The notes below the pieces were generated by a model. It made no database searches. It had not been told where the DNA came from and saw only the letters and a list, made by a program, of their open reading frames with translations. A stretch of DNA of 32,000 bases from Synechococcus sp. A15-28 (GTDB lineage Bacteria > Cyanobacteriota > Cyanobacteriia > PCC-6307 > Cyanobiaceae), in NCBI RefSeq assembly GCF_014280175.1, contig NZ_CP047931.1, forward strand, positions 1,050,001 through 1,082,000. The letters run 5' to 3'. The number at the start of each line of letters is the position of its first letter. Within the stretch, counting starts at the first letter, position 1. Of this stretch, positions 26,563-32,000 are shown piece by piece. The translations under genes were made by a program, and so were the position numbers.

Positions 26563-26895
26563 TCAGGCTCCGGTTGTCTCCAGCAGCAGCGTCTGGGCTG
26601 CCTGAGCCCCCAGCCACAGTCCGAGGGCCACCATGAGAACACCGGCCATGGTTTCCAGCCGTTCCGGCGGAAGTGTGCGGGCCAGCCATTGCCCAAGCAG
26701 CACTCCCACGAGGCTCGAGCAGATCAATGCCAAGGCCGCCCCGAGGAACACCAGCCAGGGCGCGCCGGACTGAGCTGAGAGGAGCAGTGTCGCCAGCTGG
26801 GTTTTGTCCCCCAGTTCGGCGATGAACACCGTGCTGAAGGTGCTGAACACAACAATGGCAAAGCCAGGGCGCGTGGCTTCGTTGATCTCAGCCAT
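26563..26895 (-). CDS. UPF0016 (GDT1/TMEM165/Mnx) family half-transporter, copy 1
   Basis: 110 aa with the same AELGDKTQLAT signature. Lies 3 nt upstream of copy 2. Confidence 0.85.
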   Translation of the reverse strand: MAEINEATRPGFAIVVFSTFSTVFIAELGDKTQLATLLLSAQSGAPWLVFLGAALALICSSLVGVLLGQWLARTLPPERLETMAGVLMVALGLWLGAQAAQTLLLETTGA

Positions 26896-26912
26896 GAAAC
26901 TCAGCCATCCCG

Positions 26913-27266
26913 TCAGCGTTGAGCGCGATTGAACCTACGCAGCTCTTTGCTGCGACCGCCGTAAACCGAGCGGATCTGCTGCTGGCAGCAGTCGATGGCG
27001 AAGGCATCCAGCTGATCGGAGGCAATGTCGAACAGCTGGACCATGCTGCTGACCCGGCAGAACCGCGGTCGATCCTCGTAGATCCGACAGCGTCGACCAC
27101 CACTGTCGTAATGAATGCACCAGCCATCTGCCCCCACCATGGACAGATAGGTGGCCTGATCCGCGTCGTTCAGGGCTTCCAGGGCTTCGGCCCGTTCCTC
27201 CGGTGCAAGTCGGCAGCAGGCACCGCACTGGGAGATGCATTGCCACTGTGGGGTTTGACTGGTCAT
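26913..27266 (-). CDS. YkgJ-family (UPF0153) cysteine-cluster protein
   Basis: N-terminal CISQCGACCR (CxxxCxxCC), later WCIHY...RCRIYEDRPRFCR. This is the typical YkgJ/putative Fe-S or Zn cluster family. Confidence 0.8.
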   Translation of the reverse strand: MTSQTPQWQCISQCGACCRLAPEERAEALEALNDADQATYLSMVGADGWCIHYDSGGRRCRIYEDRPRFCRVSSMVQLFDIASDQLDAFAIDCCQQQIRSVYGGRSKELRRFNRAQR

Positions 27267-27274
27267 GAGTGCAG

Positions 27275-27293
27275 CTGTGACAAGCCGTCACAG
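27275..27293. promoter_or_regulatory. perfect 7-bp inverted repeat CTGTGAC-N5-GTCACAG in the ykgJ/psb30 divergent spacer
   Basis: Read directly from the sequence. It lies 9 nt upstream of the ykgJ ATG (minus strand) and about 82 nt upstream of the psb30 ATG. Candidate operator or 5'-UTR hairpin; no factor assigned. Confidence 0.3.
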
Positions 27294-27374
27294 AGGGGCC
27301 GAGCCCGAGCCCGACTGTGAGCCAGGGCCCCGTAATCTGGTGCCTGAATCGCAACGTGTGAGCGTTTTATCGCC

Positions 27375-27482
27375 ATGGGCATCGACTTCCATCTGATCGC
27401 CAATTTCGGTGCCCTTGCGCTGATCACCCTGGCCGGTCCCGCTGTGATCTTCATCCTCTTCTACCGCCGCGGTGCGCTCTGA
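27375..27482 (+). CDS. psb30: photosystem II reaction centre protein Psb30 (Ycf12)
   Basis: 35-codon ORF below the ORF-track cutoff: [35 protein letters not shown]. It is a single TM helix with the GP..IF.L...RRG.L ending characteristic of Ycf12/Psb30. Confidence 0.85.
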
Positions 27483-27486
27483 AGCA

Positions 27487-29391
27487 TCACGCTCGTAACC
27501 CAAGGGCCAGCGACGCTTCCTGCAGCAAGGACTGAATCCTGGAGTCGGAGGCACGCTGGTCCTGGCAGACCAATTTTTGGTTGTGGTCGATTTCAGCCAC
27601 GAGAGTCTCGCCACCAGCATTGGTTACGCAAAAACCAGTGGATGAGTTGTCGGCGGGCTTGCGGCAGGCCAGGTAGCTGAGTGAACCAAGGCTGAGTCGC
27701 ACGTTCTCTGTGTGCTCACGGAGAGCTTTGAGTTCGAGCTGTAACCGTCGCTCACCACGCCAGACATTGCGTTTCAGCTCATAGGCAACGTCCACCAGTG
27801 GTGGCATCGGATTCAATGCTGGGCAGCGCCAAGCCACCGCGCGTCGTTGGTGTCCCCCCTGCTCCAGCGTCACTGCCAGGTGCCCCCCATTCAGGGCCCG
27901 CCAATCCACCACTGCGCATCCCCTGGACCAGAACAACGGAGCCGGATGTCCGACGCCATGGGGGGTCAGTGTTTCGAGTGCGTCCCAAAGATCCCAGTTG
28001 ATCTCCTGGAGTTTCAGACAAGCCTCAGGACGCACCGGTCGACCTGTCCCCTGTTGCTTCAGCCACGGTTCGGTGAGTTGATTCAGTCGCTCATGCAGCG
28101 CATGAACCTGGCTGGCCTTCACCGTGAAACCACCGGCGGCCGGGTGACCGCCGAACCGATCCAGCAGATCAGCGCAGCTTGTCAGCGCCTGATCCACGGC
28201 GAAGCCAAGGGGGGCACGGGCTGAGGCCCGCAGCTTTCCCTCACCATCACCGGCCAGCAGCGCCACCGGTCGGTGGTAACGCTCCATGAGACGCGCGGCG
28301 ACGATGCCGATCACCCCGTGATGCCAGTGGCTCTGGGCCAACAGCAGAAACGGTGGAATCTTCCCCTCGGCATCCGAGTCCACCAGGGCGGTTGCTTCGG
28401 CTTCGATGGCATCGCAGAGGTCCCGTCGTTGGCGGTTGAGATCGTCACAACGACGCGCCAAAGCCATGGTTTTGCCGGGATCGGATTCGGTGAGGAGGTC
28501 CACCACCAGAACGGGATCGCCCAGACGCCCGACCGCATTGATCCTCGGGGCCAGTTGAAAGCCGATGTCCTCAGCGTTCAAGGGCGTATCGCCGAGACCC
28601 GCCAGCCGCTGAAGAGCCATCAGCCCTTCACAGCGGCTGCGATGCAACGTGGCGAGTCCCTCCAGCAACCACCGACGGTTCGCCCCGGTCAGCGGTGCCA
28701 TGTCGGCCACCGTGCCGATGCAGAACAGATCGCGGGCCACCTGAATCGCCTCCATGCGGCCCAGCCGTTCGGCGACGCTGCTGGCCAGCACATAGGCCAG
28801 CCCCACACCCGCAAGACCGCGGTAGGGAGAGTCTTCTGGCGTGGTGGCGGGATGAAGAAGCGCCGTCATCCAGGGACGGGGCTCGGGGATGGTGTGGTGA
28901 TCGGTCACGATCACGTCCATCGACAGCGCCCTGGCCCGACTGAGGGCCTCCTCTGCTGCGACGCCGTTGTCCACGGTGACCAGCAGCCGGATGCCCTGGG
29001 CATACAGACGATCCACCATGGCTGGGTTGAGGCCATAGCCCTCGTCCATGCGGGAGGGGATCGCGGGTTCCGCCTTGGCTCCAAGTGGTTCAAGGGCCCT
29101 CAGCAACAGAGCGGTACTGGTCATCCCATCGGCGTCGTAATCGCCGCAGACCGCCAGTGCTTCACCGTTTGCGCAGGCCTGACAGATCCGATCGACGGCG
29201 ATCGGGAGATCCGGAAAATGGCTGCAGGCATTAGGCAGTTCCGGCGGACTGAGCAGGTCTGCCACCTGCGCTTCGCTCAACCCGCGACGAAGCAACAGTG
29301 TTCTCAGTGGAAGGGGTAACGGCAGTTGAGGCAATGGACAGACATCCACAACAGCCGGAAGCACCCAGGTATGCGGTGAGGTGGCACTCAT
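27487..29391 (-). CDS. recJ: single-stranded-DNA-specific exonuclease RecJ
   Basis: DHH-family motifs VCGDYDADGMTS, LLVTVDNG and VIVTDHH, plus a DHHA1 region (GGHPAAGGF). Confidence 0.92.
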   Translation of the reverse strand: MSATSPHTWVLPAVVDVCPLPQLPLPLPLRTLLLRRGLSEAQVADLLSPPELPNACSHFPDLPIAVDRICQACANGEALAVCGDYDADGMTSTALLLRALEPLGAKAEPAIPSRMDEGYGLNPAMVDRLYAQGIRLLVTVDNGVAAEEALSRARALSMDVIVTDHHTIPEPRPWMTALLHPATTPEDSPYRGLAGVGLAYVLASSVAERLGRMEAIQVARDLFCIGTVADMAPLTGANRRWLLEGLATLHRSRCEGLMALQRLAGLGDTPLNAEDIGFQLAPRINAVGRLGDPVLVVDLLTESDPGKTMALARRCDDLNRQRRDLCDAIEAEATALVDSDAEGKIPPFLLLAQSHWHHGVIGIVAARLMERYHRPVALLAGDGEGKLRASARAPLGFAVDQALTSCADLLDRFGGHPAAGGFTVKASQVHALHERLNQLTEPWLKQQGTGRPVRPEACLKLQEINWDLWDALETLTPHGVGHPAPLFWSRGCAVVDWRALNGGHLAVTLEQGGHQRRAVAWRCPALNPMPPLVDVAYELKRNVWRGERRLQLELKALREHTENVRLSLGSLSYLACRKPADNSSTGFCVTNAGGETLVAEIDHNQKLVCQDQRASDSRIQSLLQEASLALGLRA

Positions 29392-29415
29392 GTATCAGCA
29401 TTGTGCCCGTTCCGC

Positions 29416-30177
29416 ATGGTGTTGATGACCTTGCTGCAGGGGGTGTTCTGGGATGTGGACGGCACCTTGGCCAATACGGAGATGGAGGGACATCGTCCGG
29501 CCTTCAACCGTGCCTTTGCTGACCTGGATCTCGAGATCGCCTGGGGGCCGGAGCTGTACGCCGAACTGCTTTCCATACCCGGTGGGATGAGGCGGGTCCA
29601 GTGGTACGCCGGCTCCAGAGGGATGAGCCTCAGTGAGGCCCAGCTGCATGCGATTCGCGACCGCAAACGGGTCCATTACACAGAGCTGGCTCGATCAGGT
29701 GCCGTGTCTCTGCGGCCAGGTGTTCGTCGCCTTTTGGAGCAATTGAACGGTGCCGGGATCCGTCAATGGATAGTGACCTCGAGTGGCCTGGCTTCTGTGG
29801 AGGCCTTGCTGGGCAGCACTCCCGATCTCAGGCCGTTGTTCCAGGGCATCGTCACTGCAGATGACGTGGAGGAAGGCAAACCCTCTCCGCAGGGATACCT
29901 GTGCGCCTTGCAGCGATCTCTACTTCCGATGGATCAAACGCTGGTGATCGAAGACTCCGAAGCGGGTCTGGAGGCCGCCCGTGCTGCCGGCTTGCGCTGC
30001 CTCTTGACTCCTTCCCCCTGGGACGTTCGCCTGAAGGAGCGTTTCAGCGAGGCCATCGCCGTGTTTGATCACCTCGGCGACGTGTCAGCACCTGCAACTC
30101 AGGTCAATGGCCCCCCTTGCCGCGAAGGGATGGTGACGCTGGAGTATCTGCAGACGTTCGGCTCTAACGCAGGATGA
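29416..30177 (+). CDS. cbbY: CbbY-like HAD-superfamily phosphatase
   Basis: HAD motif I in VFWDVDGTLANTE, followed by GHRPAFNRAFADL...LLSIPGGMRRV as in CbbY proteins, and later EDSEAGLEAARAAG. The longest ORF opens at a TTG at 29401; the ATG at 29416 (or 29425) is more likely. Confidence 0.75.
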   Translation: MVLMTLLQGVFWDVDGTLANTEMEGHRPAFNRAFADLDLEIAWGPELYAELLSIPGGMRRVQWYAGSRGMSLSEAQLHAIRDRKRVHYTELARSGAVSLRPGVRRLLEQLNGAGIRQWIVTSSGLASVEALLGSTPDLRPLFQGIVTADDVEEGKPSPQGYLCALQRSLLPMDQTLVIEDSEAGLEAARAAGLRCLLTPSPWDVRLKERFSEAIAVFDHLGDVSAPATQVNGPPCREGMVTLEYLQTFGSNAG

Positions 30178-30512
30178 GCTCCCTGCAGCACACACGGCTC
30201 TCCCGCTTGCAGCACCGCATCGGAGTTGTCCTGGCGGACACTCTCTCTGGTCCGTGGTGGCGCCGAAGTCTGTTGATCATCGGCGTGTTGGTCGGCTTTC
30301 TGCTCGGTAGCAGCCTGACGGATCTTCTTTCGGATGCTGTTGATGGGCGAACGTTCCACGCCTTAACGACGCTGATCGGCTGTGAACTGCTGGTGGCCCT
30401 GCGTCGACGGTTTCTGACGACTCCCGTGGCGTTGCACTGGCGTCTGCTGGACAACCTTCGGTTCGGTTTTGTCTACGCGGTTGTTCTGGAGGCGTTCAAA
30501 GTTGGATCCTGA
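30174..30512 (+). CDS. Ycf20-like (DUF565) membrane protein
   Basis: 112 aa, two to three hydrophobic segments, RRSLLIIGVLVGFLLGS...LIGCELLV...[19 protein letters not shown]. The start overlaps the cbbY stop (ATGA). Confidence 0.7.
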   Translation: MSSLQHTRLSRLQHRIGVVLADTLSGPWWRRSLLIIGVLVGFLLGSSLTDLLSDAVDGRTFHALTTLIGCELLVALRRRFLTTPVALHWRLLDNLRFGFVYAVVLEAFKVGS

Positions 30513-31455
30513 CGGCCAACGCGATCTTCCAGCGCTCGATCAGCAGCGTCTGCTGAGCTATCTCGACGTTTCTGATCCAGTGGCCTGGGAGCAGCGGTGG
30601 CGCAGCAGCCAGCTACTTGAGGCCACGTTGAATCTCTGGCCCGCCAGTGCCTCTCCGGACTGGCTTTGGAGCCTCGGCCTGCCTTTGCTCACCGAGGCAG
30701 CAACGGATCAAGGCCAACGTCGTCTGATCGGCTTGAGCGCTTTGCCTGGGTGCGGCAAAACAACGCTTGGACATTGGCTCGAACGGGCAGCACGGCAGCT
30801 TGACCTGTCGCTTCAGGTGGTCTCGATCGATGATTTCTACTTTGAAGCGGAGCGTCTGGACCAGGCGATGGGCGGTAACCCTTGGGGGGTGCCTCGTGCC
30901 CTGCCGGGCAGTCACGACCTGCCGTTGTTGCTTCAGACCCTCAGCCGATGGAAAGACGGCGAACAGGTGGACCTGCCGCAGTTCGATAAATCCCTGCGTC
31001 AAGGCCGCGGGGACCGATGCGGCTGGCGCAGCTGTTCAGCGCAGATTCTCCTGCTGGAGGGCTGGTTCGTCGGTTGCCAGCCACTTGCTCAGAACACTTC
31101 AATCGAACTCGGTTGTGAGCATCTCTTTCCTTCCATTCGTTCAGAAGAACGCGATGCCCGGGCGGCCGTCCAGGTCGAACTGCGCCGATACGAACAAATC
31201 TGGTCTGAACTCGACAGCCTCTGGCAGATCGCAGCCCAGGACTTCCGATCACCACAGATCTGGAAGCGCCAGCAGGAGCAGCAGATGCTTCAAAACACAG
31301 GTGTTGCCCTGGACAGCGACAGCCTGAAGGGGTTCATCCGCATGATTCTCACGGCAATTCCCCCCCAGAGTTTCGATCGGATTCAGGCCGATGTCCGCGT
31401 GGAGGTTGATCCGGACCGACGGCTGCGCCAGCTCCGCATCAGGCAGAAGGCTTAG
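30469..31455 (+). CDS. P-loop kinase of the plant/cyanobacterial D-glycerate 3-kinase (GLYK) type
   Basis: Walker [17 protein letters not shown], followed by VSIDDFYFE as in GLYK. There is no N-terminal ATG; candidate starts are TTG codons at 30469, 30481 and 30502, so the start is uncertain. Confidence 0.7.
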   Translation: MSTRLFWRRSKLDPDGQRDLPALDQQRLLSYLDVSDPVAWEQRWRSSQLLEATLNLWPASASPDWLWSLGLPLLTEAATDQGQRRLIGLSALPGCGKTTLGHWLERAARQLDLSLQVVSIDDFYFEAERLDQAMGGNPWGVPRALPGSHDLPLLLQTLSRWKDGEQVDLPQFDKSLRQGRGDRCGWRSCSAQILLLEGWFVGCQPLAQNTSIELGCEHLFPSIRSEERDARAAVQVELRRYEQIWSELDSLWQIAAQDFRSPQIWKRQQEQQMLQNTGVALDSDSLKGFIRMILTAIPPQSFDRIQADVRVEVDPDRRLRQLRIRQKA

Positions 31456-31628
31456 GACTCTTCGCCCTCTGCTTCACTCACGGGATAAACAAATCCCTGG
31501 GCTCGCCCGCTGAGCACAGATTTACCGATGGACATGGCTCGCTTCGCCGCCACGGCAGCCTTTCCTTTCCAAGTGGCACTGCGCTGATTGCGCTTGGCCT
31601 TCGAGGTTTTCTTCTTCGGGACGGCCAT
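31452..31628 (-). CDS. rpmF: 50S ribosomal protein L32
   Basis: 58-codon ORF below the ORF-track cutoff: [58 protein letters not shown]. This is the canonical L32 N-terminus. Confidence 0.92.
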   Translation of the reverse strand: MAVPKKKTSKAKRNQRSATWKGKAAVAAKRAMSIGKSVLSGRAQGFVYPVSEAEGEES

Positions 31629-31714
31629 TGCGCCTGGTCAATTCCAAACGGCAATTGTCTGTTGTCGGGACGCCTTGCGTCAAATCGCTAAGGTCAAGAC
31701 AATTCAATGTTGTC

Positions 31715-32000
31715 GTGACTTCAGGATCGGAAGGGTCGAAGGAATCGTCGTCTCCTCAATCTTTACCGAGCTTGTTCGGAGACAAATCCAACTCTGTCAG
31801 TTACTCGAGCTTGCTGGATAAGATCCGCAGCGGCGAGGTCAGCAGCCTGGAACTTGTCCCGGCCCGCCGAGAGGTGCGGGTCACCTATCCCGATGGCAGC
31901 CAATCAACCGTCAGCATTTTCGCTAACGATCAGCAGATCCTGAGGGCTGCCGAAGCATCCGCCACGCCGCTGACGGTGCGGGACATTCGCAGCGAGCAGG
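31715..32000 (+). CDS. partial CDS (runs off window) with FtsH extracellular-domain-like N-terminus; start uncertain
   Basis: The frame is open from at least 31628 to the window end. VSYSSLLDKIRSGEVSSLELVPARREVRVTYPDGSQSTVSIFANDQQILRAAEASATPLTV resembles the FtsH_ext region of cyanobacterial FtsH. There is no in-frame ATG and no upstream TM helix; the GTG at 31715 is a guess. Confidence 0.35.
   Translation, partial: MTSGSEGSKESSSPQSLPSLFGDKSNSVSYSSLLDKIRSGEVSSLELVPARREVRVTYPDGSQSTVSIFANDQQILRAAEASATPLTVRDIRSEQ

Noticed and set aside
27276-27292. Canonical CRP/SyCRP binding site (TGTGA-N6-TCACA)
   Set aside because: The spacer between TGTGA and TCACA is 7 nt, not 6, so the site is not canonical. 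It is kept only as an unassigned palindrome.
31522-31821. Track ORFs at 31522-31707 (-) and 31588-31821 (+)
   Set aside because: Both are in the wrong frame relative to the clearly identifiable rpmF (31452-31628, minus) and the FtsH-ext-like frame. Neither has any recognisable motif.
1-32000. Search for CRISPR arrays, IS elements or transposases, integrases, toxin-antitoxin pairs, restriction-modification or other defence modules, and rRNA or tRNA genes
   Set aside because: I found no direct-repeat/spacer periodicity, no transposase or integrase-like ORFs, no terminal inverted repeats and no RNA gene signatures. The window reads as core chromosome.

Overview
The window looks like a high-GC (about 58-60% by eye) marine picocyanobacterial chromosome, most like marine Synechococcus. 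The evidence is psb30/ycf12, acsF, ycf20-like, DUF2808-like and DUF2996-like genes, cbbY, and a plant-type glycerate kinase. It is densely packed, mostly conserved core genome. Gene order from the left is as follows. Minus strand: a small ORF, an SGNH hydrolase, phnE-phnC-phnD, and a class-I aminotransferase. Plus strand: a VOC-fold protein, a family-4 uracil-DNA glycosylase, ispG and ctpA. Minus strand: a small membrane ORF and mfd. Next comes a short, less conserved-looking patch: a Zn-ribbon membrane ORF, a 297-aa unknown, an AT-rich convergent spacer, a low-GC DUF2808-like gene and a repeat-containing unknown. A translationally coupled plus-strand cluster follows: terC, a 4-Cys protein, a protein with a riboflavin-kinase-like domain, and an NblA-like mini-protein. 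A long minus-strand run then carries fmt, pmbA, tldD, acsF, a DUF2996-like gene, a membrane protein, ubiX and an RNase II/R-like protein, followed by two half-size UPF0016 genes and ykgJ. The window ends with psb30 (+), recJ (-), cbbY/ycf20-like/GLYK-like kinase (+), rpmF (-) and a partial FtsH-ext-like ORF (+). Two real genes fall below the ORF-track size cutoff and were read directly from the DNA: psb30 and rpmF. I found no tRNA or rRNA genes, CRISPR arrays, transposases, integrases or recognisable defence island. I did not find a convincing new multi-gene system. The most interesting items are single-gene oddities: an RNase II/R homologue that appears to have lost its catalytic residues, an archaeal-type riboflavin-kinase-like domain, an NblA-like mini-protein, a split UPF0016 pair, and an FtsH-like N-terminus with no first transmembrane helix. 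All family calls come from motif recognition by eye and memory, not from database searches.
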